A DNA stretch of 62,353 nt, the filler included, from Asterionella formosa (taxonomy: Eukaryota), in the NCBI GenBank assembly GCA_002256025.1. It is 7 parts of 7 records of this genome, joined end to end, with 100 filler letters (N's around TTAATTAATTAA, not from the genome) between each part and the next. Parts side by side here need not be neighbours in the genome. Positions count along the whole stretch, not along the records: positions 1 to 8,836 come from NKIB01011559.1; positions 8,937 to 17,767 come from NKIB01011569.1; 5 more parts are not named here. The stretch is one strand, 5' to 3'. The notes beneath the pieces were generated by a model that saw only the letters and a list, made by a program, of their open reading frames with translations, did not search any database and was not told the DNA's origin. Position numbers and translations under genes: made by a program. Positions 1 through 11,386 of the stretch are shown piece by piece (the first letter of the stretch is position 1; each line of letters begins with the position of its first letter).

Positions 1-3000
1 AGCTCCTATGTGACTTTTAAAATCTTTGTGTACCTCAAACGCTGCATCAACGTACCATTTAATGCTCTGAGTGTCATCAGCACTCATAGATGCAACCTCA
101 TTCTGAGTTGCTTTCAAGAAATTCATGATCTTGACTAATTTTGCCCAATCGCCTTCATTCGGTTTGGTAGTTTGGGTTGCCAAAGAAAAATGCAACTCCT
201 GGTTGAATGTCCTGTCTTCCTCGCTTACATAGAAAAATTCTTTTCATAACAAAAGTATGAAATATTTTTGCTTTTTCATATTCAAGCTTCTTTGATTTCG
301 TATAAACTGTGAACAATTTATCTGTCCATGGAAATTTTCCAACTCCTTCAAGTTTGTCTGGAAAATCATCAATCATTGATTTCACATATTTGGTCATGTC
401 CACCCTCAACACTCCTGGAAGAGAGTAATCTAGTGTCAATGTCAAATAATCACGCTTCTTTCCACGCATGACCTTGACTTCACCAATTTCGTCAGAAGCG
501 TATTTCTATTTGATCCATTCCAAAAATTGATCATTCACTTCCCTGTCCACGTGACTAGATTTCAAATCGTCTACGTGCCAAGTAACTGTGTGCTGTTTGC
601 CATTAACAGTGCGATTTGCAATGCATGGATCATATGGATTGACCTTGAATCCAATTGACTCAAAATCCTTCCGAAATTTCTTGTAATATAATAATGATGA
701 CTGTAACATGCCATATAATGCCTTGATAATCCTAACATATAGAACTTTGTTGTTTCCTTCATAAACAACATATTTTTTATAAGTCTTGGGGCTGAGTTCT
801 GTCAACATATTGACAAGTAAACCTCTAATCTTCTTAATGATTCGCTCCCCTTTTTCTTTCTCATCGATATCCACATGCACAAATGCATTGGGTATATCTG
901 CAGTCATAACATCGCGATTTTGCTTCGCATCAATTTTTGCTGTTATCATAACAGATTCAGTCATGTTGGTTGGACTAGCTGCTTCATCTCTTTCCATATA
1001 TTCACGTTGCGAACTGCCATTGGCACACTCTTGTCTCTCTTTTCAACCAAAAAAATTAGACTTTCCATTGCACTTCGCCTTTCGATATCGGTTAGGTATT
1101 CAATCCTAATCGGTTCAAATACAACTCTGTCATGTAGTTGTTTCATTTCTTTATATGCAGCATCTCTTCCTTTCTGGCCAAATTTCTTGAGGCCTTTTCT
1201 TACGCTGTATGACTGAACAAAGTGAAATGCTTCTTTATCGATAGACATCTCATTCATATGACACATTGTCATCGTGATCACTTTCGCATTATCAGTTGTT
1301 TATTCTTCTTGACAGTGTGCTTGGGTATGCAGATGATGTTGGACCATAGTTAGTTTTGATGGTGGTCTTGAGACTCTTCCAGACCTTGTAGTTTCAATAT
1401 TTGGGTCTGTGTCATCCTGAGTGCTTGGATTGACTTTTAACATTGCCTCTTCATTTTCAGTTTCATTTACTGGTTCTTCATCCTCATCTTGGATTTCATC
1501 TGCATTCATTTCAACATTATTTTCGTTGTTGCCCTTAGGTTCGGGGTCATCCTCTTGGATATTGTTGTTTAATTCGAGCTGTTCTGCTTTATATAATTCA
1601 TCCGGAGTCATTTCATCATAGTCTTCTTCTCCGAGAATTTCATCATTGCTTTCATCGTCACCAGCGTGTTGATCTTCATAATCTTTATCTTGTGCATCTT
1701 CAAATGCTTTATTATCACAGCTAATCCACTCCTGCAATCCAAGCACTATCATAAAATAGTTGTCCCGTTTGATTTGATATCTTGAGACCATCTGGCATAT
1801 TTTCCTGCACAGCATTGCACAGCAAAAGTTTGTACTTGATTCATGATTGCTGGGGTAAGTGGCTGGTAGAGTAGTAACTGTTTGTCTAGTGATCAATGAA
1901 TTCGTCACTAGCGTGTTGATCTTCATAATCTTCATCTTGTGCATCTTCAAATGCTTCATTATCATAATCCACTCCTGCAATCCAAGCACTATCATAAAAG
2001 AGTTGTCCCGTTCGATTTGATATCTTGAGACCATCTGGCATATTGTCCTGCACAGCAAGGGCGTGTACTTGATTCATGATTGCTGGGGTAAGTGGTAGAG
2101 GAGTAACTGTTTGTCTAGTGATCAATGAATTTGTAGGTAGGTGTAACAATTCATGACCTCCTTGCACATTGTCATTGTAGCGTAGATAAATGTAATCTAG
2201 GCTGCGTGGTGCATTAGTGTTTGAAAACACAGGTTCTTCATGTGCTTGGACATAAGTGCCAAATGTATACTGGCAATGTCGAGCATAGTCCAGGTTTCGT
2301 TGATGTAGAATCATACGAGGACTGTAATACGGGGATATCCCGTTCTTTGCCGGAAAGAAATTCATTTTCTTTGCAGATTCTGTCACTAGAATCTTAATCA
2401 TCAGTCGTGGCAAATGTTTGAAAGGTAATCGATGATAAGCTGCGTGCACGTGTTCTTTAATCACTCAATTATTTCGCTCCGCTTCGGGAACATGTTCTTG
2501 TGGGTTTGCGTAGTTCATAGTGACTTGAAATTCATTGGAAATTTGTTCCATCAAAGGTCGAAACTTGTTGTGACAGTGGATTGTTGTAATTTTAAATCCT
2601 CCGGTATTATAAACACGGAATACCTGAGTCAAAGCATCTCAATAGACATCGGCTATCTGATTAGGGATCTCGATGTAGTCGTTTATGACTGGCAGCGGCT
2701 TGGGACGATTTGTCTTGCCTTTTAGTATTCCGATGTCAGGTCCAAATATTTTTCTGCAATTTTGATATTATCGGTAGTCACTGGATTATTGTTGATCATA
2801 TTCATACGAATTATTGCCTTGAAATCATTAATTGATGGTGTACCCAAGGCATGAAATAGATCACAAGCTCGCTTGGCTCTTTCAAATTGACGCTCAGAGT
2901 AAAATGTTTTGCTTTCTTCAACTGTATTTTTCGAACTGGTTTGTCAGGCAAATGAACAAAAATGCATCTTCTTTCTCAGAGTCATAGGTAATTCTGTACC

Positions 3001-4813
3001 TATCTGCCATTTCGGCATAACTGAAGATGTTGGTGATTGCCTTCTCATTAAACCATACTTCTCCCCATTGTGCAAGATCAGTCTTCATATTAGTGACCAT
3101 GGATCCACCATTTGTGGCCAGGTGCATGCTTCCATTGGCTGACATTCGAATATTTTCAACCATTTTTGGATTGCAAAAGACTGTGACACTTGATTGATTA
3201 TCCAATAGTATCCAGCCAGTCACGCATCTCAGATGCTTGGTAAAATTTTATTTTCATATGAGCTCCCGCCCATCCAAATTGATTGACATTTGCTTGTTGT
3301 GAAGCTTGTGAAGCTTGTGACGATGGTGGGTTGTTGGAATTAACAGAGGTAACTGTACTAGTGTACGATGTAGTAGCCTGTGCCTGTGCCTGTGCATGGC
3401 TTTGATGGGCCTTTTTGATTGCCCATTCCTCTTTGGGTTTATTCCTGTCTCAGCACGAAGGAGATTTGTGACCTGCTCTACCGCAGCAGTAACATTTTCC
3501 CTCTAACTGTGCAAACGATAAGTTCACATCTTCGTCTTCCTTCCCTGCATCCTCTTGTTCTCTGTCTTTAATGATCTCCTGGTTTCTTGTGACTGTTGGA
3601 TTTATTTGTTACGTCAAACCGATGGTTGCTGAGAACATTATTTGATTCGGTGATGCTCTTCGGGTATTGATCATTGCCAAGTGATTGTTGAGTGTTCAGC
3701 CCGGTCATAATTGATCTATATTTGGCTTTATCCGCATTATCGAGATATAAATATGCCATAAATTGACTGAAAGCTTGTTCACGAAATTTATCTCGTAGCT
3801 TGATGTTGGTCTTGTTGTATCCATCCATGGCTTCAACGAACTTGGTGAGGATAATGGGTCCTCCCATGTGTGACTTGAGCACATCTGGTGCCACACGAAA
3901 TCTCTTGGTGTAGTCTTGTAGACTTTCTCCTTCCTTTTGCTTTGTGAATAAAAGCGTTCTCATCGCATCTAAAATGATCGACATTGAATATCGATTTTCT
4001 TGAAAATTTAATCCATGTTCTTTAATTGCCATAAGCAATGTTATTGGGTTATTTTCGATCCTATTGTAATAGGATCTCGCTTCGATCTTGTTCTTCATGG
4101 CTTTGTTGTCTTTCCCAGAGCAACAAATATGCCTTGGTATTATTATTTTCTATTTTCGTAGGCCTTTACCCTTTTACTGTAGGTGTCATAGTCAGCCTTG
4201 AAGTCAATCTCATATTGTCGATTCTCTGCAGCGCGATCTTCTTCTGTTGTTGCAATGCTCACTTGCATTCTTGGCTTCCATGCCGATGTGTTAATTGGTT
4301 CTAACAACTTGAGCGCGGTTCCTATGTCGTTGCTATAGTCGAACACTTTCTTGATGTGATTGATGAGGTACTCAGTAGTAGTCTCATAATCAGATGGTCA
4401 TTGACTGACTTCTTGATTGTGTGAGAAACATTATTGCTCCCTCCCTTGGCTTGAAACTTTCCCTTGGCCTGAGCCTTCTTGGTAAACTTTCCTTTGCCAC
4501 TCATGATGCGCCTTGTGCGACTTCTTCAGACTCTGGATGGTCTGGTACCCTCAGATCTTGTCTCCGGACTCTCAACGGTCCACCTGTTGTTGATTGTTAT
4601 ATTACGGCTCTTCCTGGCCGGCTAATTCTACTAAAACTGTTGAAATTGCGTCCCGAAGCCCTCTATTGCTTTCTTGTATCCTGTAAGTACACGTCAGAGA
4701 CCAAATAGGCTGTAGATATGAACAACAATGTTGCAGTAATCGATTGTAATCGTTCCTAAGAGTTTTAGTAGAATTATGGGTTTTACTGGCGATGTAGATT
4801 GTTTTCGAATTCT
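1..4813 (-). mobile_element. Degenerate Ty1/Copia LTR retrotransposon (diatom CoDi type), copy A; 5' LTR missing, 3' end runs off the scaffold
   Basis: Broken ORFs in Copia order: gag (4504-3568) with zinc knuckle CYCCGRAGHKSPSC (~3500-3455), protease WILLDNQSS (3223-2918), integrase (2464-1886), RT with KALYGMLQS and WHVDDLK (1281-155), RNase H start at 1-120. Near-collinear with 27047-32200, but has two deletions (near 2660, removing the first integrase Asp, and near 2925). Confidence 0.95.
1656..2131. repeat. Imperfect tandem duplication (~247/229 bp units) in the integrase-RT linker of copy A
   Basis: Units 1656-1902 and 1903-2131 both run cgtcac(c/t)agcgtgttgatcttcataatc...gatcaatgaatt. 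The segment is single in copy B. Confidence 0.9.
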
Positions 4814-5960
4814 AGTCACGTGCGCAAGGGATCATGAGTCTCTTACATTTAATTAGCGAAGATCGCAGGGGTTGCCCCTCTCCAAGGGATTGTCAATCAT
4901 CTCAACAAAACATAAATTCCAATATAAACAACAGATCACAAACCTCACACACAACCAACCGCAATAGGAACCAAAACACAAATGGTGCACAACACCAACA
5001 GGAGGCCACTGCCAGAGGAGGTGGGCAGGATAACGGCCCTAGCAAAAGGGAAGGAACGCATGTATCTGCTGCAGATTTAGCGGCATGGGGAGACACACCA
5101 GAAGACTTACATGAAGACGACATTCGCTTAGTGTTTCAAAATGTCAATGGTATCACAACCTATGACCATGTACACGCAGAGATCCAAAGCAACAACATTC
5201 GGCTGAGAGGTCACTTAACTGGGATGTGTGAAACCAACGTCAATTGGAGAAACTATATCTTTCGAGACAAGTGGGAAACCAAAATGTCCAGAGGACATAC
5301 AGACATGAGGTTCTCTCATGCATCTTGCAACCAAGGGTATGAGGCGATTTTGCAACGTGGAGGCGTAAGCATGATGTGCACATCTCGTCTATTTTCTAGA
5401 TTGCTGGAACAAGAATCAGACCAGGAGCTGGGGAGATGGGCATGGATGCGTTTTAAAGCTAATGATGATTTCAATTTAGCAATTCTCACTGCATACCAGG
5501 TGAGTCAGAAAACACTCCAGGGCCTTGGGATGGAGACAACATATATGCAGCAATGGAGGAAACTCAAGCCAATTTCGGATGGTAACTGTAATCCAAAACA
5601 TCAATTATGGATAGATCTACATCGACAAATACAAGGGTTCCAAGAAAAAGGGGGATGAGGTCATGATGGATGCAAATTCCGATTACAAAGATGAAGAGTT
5701 TACCACTTTCATGGAATCTACACAGCTACTGGATCTTCACGAAGACTTACACCCAATCCAAACACCTCCAACATACAATAGGGGGACACGAAAAATAGAC
5801 TACATTTTGGGAACAATGAAAATCTCGTCATCAGTAACCAAAGATGGACTCACCACTTACAACGATGGACTGAAATTCTCGGATCACAGAGCCATTTCAA
5901 TTTAACCATTTCTCTGACTCCATTCTAACTGGCAAGGTTGACCTATCAGACTTCGACCTT
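4814..5960 (+). mobile_element. Non-LTR retrotransposon (LINE) ORF2 fragment, APE endonuclease domain
   Basis: ORFs 4834-5658 and 5663-5905 carry EEP/APE motifs FQNVNGI, ETNVNW, LGRW, TAYQV, MDANS, TYNRGTRKIDYILG, SDHRAI. Frameshift in the A/G run near 5645-5655. Confidence 0.88.
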
Positions 5961-5984
5961 AATGAGGCAATCCTGGCAGATACG

Positions 5985-7250
5985 GTTCTGGTTGGAATGC
6001 TAAAGCACATGGACAACTCTGGCATCTTTCCTCGAAACAATGGACCCCCACCATTCCTTTTCCTTGATGGACATGGGTCTTGATTTGACATTTTGTGCCT
6101 TGAATACATAAACAACCCAGTACACAATTGGACAGTGTGTATTGGTGTTCCTTATGATACAAGCTACTGGCAGGTTGGAGACAGCAGTGAGCAAAACGGT
6201 TGTTTCAAAATGAACATCACAAAATCAAAACGCAAATTGCTCACCTTAAACAAGGCAGATCACAGGCAAGAGCTTACAATTAACAAGAAGGTTGACATTG
6301 TTGGACTGGTGAATATGGCATGGGACAATTCCTTTGCAAAAATTGCAACAAACAGGAAAGCAATTTACAAATGAGGATGGTATCCCTTGAACTATAATGT
6401 CTTGCTTCACCCTGAAATTCAACTAACCCAACGACCACAACAGAACATCAATGCGCCCAGAGAGACTGCCACTCTCCCTCCTGATGAGTTAATCCTCCAA
6501 ACTGGCTTTGCTGGAACTATTGTTGGAAGAATGAACGAATTTTGCAAATGTGAGGATGTGCGAAATGAAATCGACCAGGAGGCCCAAGCTGGTAAGAGAA
6601 AGGTGACAGCGGATTCCCACATTGAGGGACACAAGAAGAGGATAACTGCAGGACTACTGGCCTCTGCGCAAACCTTTGCCCTTGGGCCAATTATTCTTGC
6701 TGCTACACTGGTGGAACAGAAGCGAATTTCGGACATGGTCATTAGTACAAAAGAAACAAAAAGGCAACAAGAATTCAAGACAGTGCATGGAAAAGTGCTT
6801 ACATTGAAGGAACAGAACAAAACAAAGCAAGGAACAAATGTCTGTGCCAGAATTGAAATTAATGGTGTGTTCTTGGTAGAAACAGTCAGGTGATAAACCA
6901 GTTCCACAAACAAGGCAAGCTCTAATTACAAGATTCGACGACAGCAATCACCATGGTGGTGACCAGCAACTGCCATTCCATCGCCATTGTACACCTCCTT
7001 TTGTTGCTATTCCCACTCCTGCTATGACTGCTACTGCCGATCCAGCATTCTGTGATGAAGTTTGAGATTCTGCAAGTAAGCAATTGGATGCGAAGCTCAT
7101 GATTTATGTAATGCTCTGACGATGATGGTGCCCTATGAAAGTGTAAAATATAAAGTAAAAAGAAAAGAATTTTTGAAGTATAAACGGAGTAGAAATAAAC
7201 ACGGTTCCGGCGGAAAATATATTCATATACAGATAGAAAAATATGCACTG
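5985..7250 (+). mobile_element. Tc1/mariner-pogo-like DNA transposon relic (3' half of a DDE_1-type transposase plus putative right end)
   Basis: Translation PFLFLDGHGS*F...CIGVPYDTSYWQVGDSSEQNGCFK...K*GWYPLN, with in-frame TGA at 6081 and 6372. The sequence ends ...ATATGCACTG|TA (7250), consistent with a CAGTG-starting TIR and TA target. Confidence 0.7.
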
Positions 7251-7330
7251 TAAGCCACCGCTATGCGATAATCTTAGTGACTTTGGAAATTTTTTATCTC
7301 ATGACTAGATGAACGAATATTACAGTGCAG

Positions 7331-8836
7331 TGTGGGCGCGTGGATGAACGTACCGTGTCATACGGTACAGGGGACTAACTAGTCGTTAGAGTGTTTTAGC
7401 GATAGTACAGCGTGCAAGCTTGGAGCAGCGATTGCGCTAGAACGGCGTAGGTTTATATATCTTTAAGTCTATCTTTTCAACCTTTATCTTTCTTTCCTTG
7501 TGCACCATGTAAGTTGTTCTGCCGACAACACGTATTTATTCGGTTTATCAGACCCACCGCTCTATCGATTACCACTTGAGTTATCTTTGAATCGGAGAAG
7601 AGCGTACAGTGCGAGCGAATAGGAGCGTCGAATTCGAACCATCGAGACAAGGCGTCTGGCATTACGTGTTCGTAACGAATTTTTCATATTCAGTATGTAG
7701 TAGTGTCACGTGTGCATACCGAATTTGGATGATGACGATCATTCGCAGGCGTCGGTGACCGTGTGCACTCGAGTCGTACCAACGGGTATCCGCAGACGAC
7801 CAGCGAGCGATAGCGATTGTGGCCGGAGTTGAACTGATCACTCAACGACGGCATTGGCGTAACTGTGCTGCCTGCACACAAGCACTATTCGTTACAGCGG
7901 GAATCCACTGACGACATGCGTTTGCGTTTGCGAAAATCGTTACAGCGGGAATCCACTGACGACATGCGTTTGCGTTTGCGAATTACTATCATTCTCTTTT
8001 CCCAGCGAATCCACTCATTATCATGGCGAATAACTTGGTCGGAGTCGCCCACGTTCTGTTGGCAATCGGTTTTGAGGTCGCTGTCGAACGTATGAACATC
8101 ATGGCAGCAGGTATTAGCGAGTTTGAGGACTTCCGTTATCTAGTAGAAAAGGACATTCGTGACATGGCGGACGAATTTGCGAAGCGTAGCGTGGCAAACG
8201 GTAAGATTGTTTTTGGACTTGGACGCACAAAGAAATTGACAGGCGTTATGCATTGGGTCCAGGATTGTCATCGAGTTAACGACGTTCCGGACCACAACGA
8301 TTTCAATGTTGAGATTCTATATCAATCGTTGAGCCTTGCGCAGATCAGGAAGTCCGACATAGATCTCGTGGCTACTAATTCCAAGGCTGCCAATCCGGGA
8401 AAATTCAAAGATGAGAGGAAGTGGCCTGAGTGGGAAAAGGCCTTTATCAACTACTTGGCTGTCATTCCCGGCGTTAGCGGTATACCATTGTCTTATGTGG
8501 TAAGAGAAGCGGAGGATCCCGAAGCTGAGGCCGATTATGGCTCATTCAACGAGCGCATGATCCATCGTGCCCCACTTAACGGTCAGTATTACATTGCGGA
8601 TGCAAGACGTGTGCATACACTGTTACTTGGTTTTCTACAGGGCGAACAGACAGAAAATTGGATTCATTCCATCTCTCGTTATCAGGACGGTCGTAGGGAC
8701 ATGGTTGCGTTGAGGCGGCACTATGCTGGCGAAGGAAATTCCACACGTAGGATTGCTGACGCCAAGAAGATTCAATCGTCCCTCCACTACAAGACAGAGC
8801 GTGCGTTACCTTTTAACAAGTTTTTGGATTCACTAC
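7331..8836 (+). mobile_element. 5' part of a second CoDi-type Copia family: LTR (~7331-7575), leader and intact gag start; truncated by the scaffold end
   Basis: Begins TGTGG, has a TATA-like tract at ~7452 and ...ACCAC at 7575. Open ORF 8023-8836 contains KWPEWEKAFINYLAVIPGVSGIPLSYVVRE and DGR...LRRHYAGEG, typical of diatom Copia gag. Confidence 0.82.
7889..7982. repeat. Perfect 46-bp direct repeat (period 48) in the retroelement leader
   Basis: tcgttacagcgggaatccactgacgacatgcgtttgcgtttgcgaa at 7889-7934 and 7937-7982. Confidence 0.95.
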
Positions 8837-8936
8837 NNNNNNNNNNNNNNNNNNNNNNNNNNNNNNNNNNNNNNNNNNNNTTAATTAATTAANNNNNNNN
8901 NNNNNNNNNNNNNNNNNNNNNNNNNNNNNNNNNNNN
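8837..8936. other. Artificial scaffold-concatenation spacer
   Basis: N44-TTAATTAATTAA-N44, a six-frame stop linker. Confidence 0.97.
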
Positions 8937-10179
8937 TAACTATATACATGGCAAATATATTTGAAATCGTTCTGTCATGTTAACAAACAATGCCTGCTTC
9001 ATGAAAAGAAGTATCGGAGTAAAGCACACGACAAGAAAGGAAAGTTTACGCAATAACGAAAAACATTGAGTTTTTGTCACATTGCGCCTTCCAAGGATGG
9101 AGTATGTTTAAGGTAATGTAGCCATCAATGTGGTATGTAGATGACAATTGTTTGGAGGACAGCAACACAAAGTAAACTAAACACACATTTCCTATTTTCT
9201 CAGTTGAATCAACAGCTCATTTCGCTTGTTGGGGAGCACCAATGTAAAACAAAACAAAACAAAACAAAATTGGTAAGCGCTCTGGTCATTGGACTTATTC
9301 ACTTCTGATGGAACATAACTGACGGACATGCCACGTTTACCATCTCTCAAAGTTAAGCTAACGACAATGAATCAGTAAGTTTTATTTGGCAACATTGGAA
9401 ACCTGAAACTTACTTATTCAAGAATTTACTGACAATTTACTATTACAGACTTATACATCACTTGCTTTGATTTGGCTGTGGTAAGTGAAGCAAGCAAGAG
9501 GATGCGATGGAATGGCGTGATGTTGTGTCTGTGTAACATGTCTAGCTAGCAAGTCGTTCCTTCTCATTTTTACTGTAACTGGCTGCATAGGAAAATAAAA
9601 CCGATCAAACGGAATAGCCGGCGAGTTCAGAATGACACTAACAGCAGGGAGAGAGACGCAACATTAGTAAGGCATTGCTTGGCACAAGATTCAGAAAAGA
9701 GGAAGAAACTGTCGAGACAGGAACAATATACATTGAGCCGAGTAGAGAGAGAAACGTTGGGTTGCTGGCATGTAGATTAATAGATAGCATTGCTAAATTT
9801 GATAGTTAAATTACAATCCATTTCAATCTATTTTGAACAATGCTTGTGATTAGAATTATGATCATGTTTACAATAGATTTACGATGAAACAATTTAAATG
9901 ATAGCATAGATTTGATCTGATTTTAGGATGCGTTGTAGTAATAATTTACATCGGGCAATCACAAGAATTGAAAATTATATGAGAAGGTTTATGATGTTGA
10001 TGAGTAATGTTGTTGATCAGTTGATAAACATTGTGTGATGATAATGTTCTTATTATCATTATACTTCAAGGTCAGTAAAATTATAATAAATCATTATAGT
10101 TATACTAGGATACCTTGATCATAATTTTGATCCAAAAATTATCATATATACGAAAATTCTGTGCCACTTAGCGTACAAT

Positions 10180-11355
10180 ACCCTTGATCCTATATGCATG
10201 ACACTTTTTATTTGCAGACAATCAAACATCTTCATGCCATTGCCGAGGATGCTGGTGGGGAGTCTTTATCTGACAGTACTGTCATGCCGTTGACTCTTTC
10301 TCAATTAGAACAGGCCGGAGTTTATTCTCTTTGTATTCAAACTTGGCGTGATTGCGCCGAGATGCATAGACTGTACATGGGTTAATTTTAGCCCCCATTT
10401 CATGCACAGTGATAAGGAACGTTCTTTGCGCCTTTCAACCGCCACCACTGCCAGCTATCATGGTGCACATGCTGCCATTCAGACCAGTGGTACTCCCCCA
10501 CTGCAAGGGATGGCTGCAGCTGCTTGTGGCTACTGTCCCTACTGGGGGGGGGGGGGGGGGGATTTTTTTATTTAGAAAAATGGTATCAGGTTACTGCCAC
10601 CCTTGATCGGCGTATGGGTGGCAGCGTCCGTATTTTCAGTGAGGATGGTACTAGCTACCCATACCACCCGCCCACTCCATGGTGTTTCACAGACACTTTC
10701 ACCACATGATTGATGTGGAGGGGAGCAAGTTGCTGTCGATAATATTATTAACACAACTTTTCTCCCATCACTTGTCCCCTCATCACACTCATTCCTGATT
10801 CTCCTGGTAGTTCTGGCAATTACGCCACTGGTGTTGATTTACCCATCGTCAACACACGACCTACCATCAATCCTATCACCATTCAACTTCCTAATCGACA
10901 CCATGTTACATCTATGCATGAGGCCAAGTTATCTTTACCTATGCTTTCACCCACTGCTCGTCATGTGCAAAATTTTCCCTCCTGGTCTGCACAATTGCTC
11001 TTTATTGAGCATTGGACAATTATGTGACTCTGGCTACGAGGTCCTTTTCACCAAAACTCACATGTCTGTCCTGTCCAAGGATCATTGTTTCCTTCAGAGC
11101 CATCACTCCGCCGCCACCACTTCTTCTTGCTCGATTATGGCATGTCCCCCTGCCTCTACCTGCTGGCTATCGGGTCCTTGTTCATGCCAAGCCCCACCAG
11201 CACTGCACAACATGGGCCCCGCATGCTCTTGATGGCTGGTTTGTCGGCCCTGTTATGGATTGATATCGCTGCTACCGCATCTGGATGTGGGACACATGTT
11301 CCATCCGCATCTGCAATTCTGTCTCGTGGTTTCCGGCCAGAGTCCACCACCTACC
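10180..11355 (+). mobile_element. Heavily deleted CoDi-type Copia relic (gag, protease and integrase C-terminal pieces)
   Basis: Fragments QTWRD...TWVNFSPHF...DKER (gag), IFPPGLHNCSLLSIGQLCDSGYEVLFTK (protease region) and RVLVHAKP..TTWAPHALDGWFVGP (integrase C-terminal SH3-like) lie in different frames. Confidence 0.8.
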
Positions 11356-11386
11356 TTGTATAATTGATTGTTGAAAAAACTATTAT

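Noticed and set aside
4825..4870. Possible hammerhead ribozyme ahead of LINE ORF2 (GATCATGAG...CGAAGATC)
   Set aside because: Lacks the CTGAnGA and GAAA core and the required three stems.
10544..10561. Long G run as a functional G-quadruplex
   Set aside because: A single homopolymer inside a decayed retroelement; its length is unreliable and there is no supporting context.
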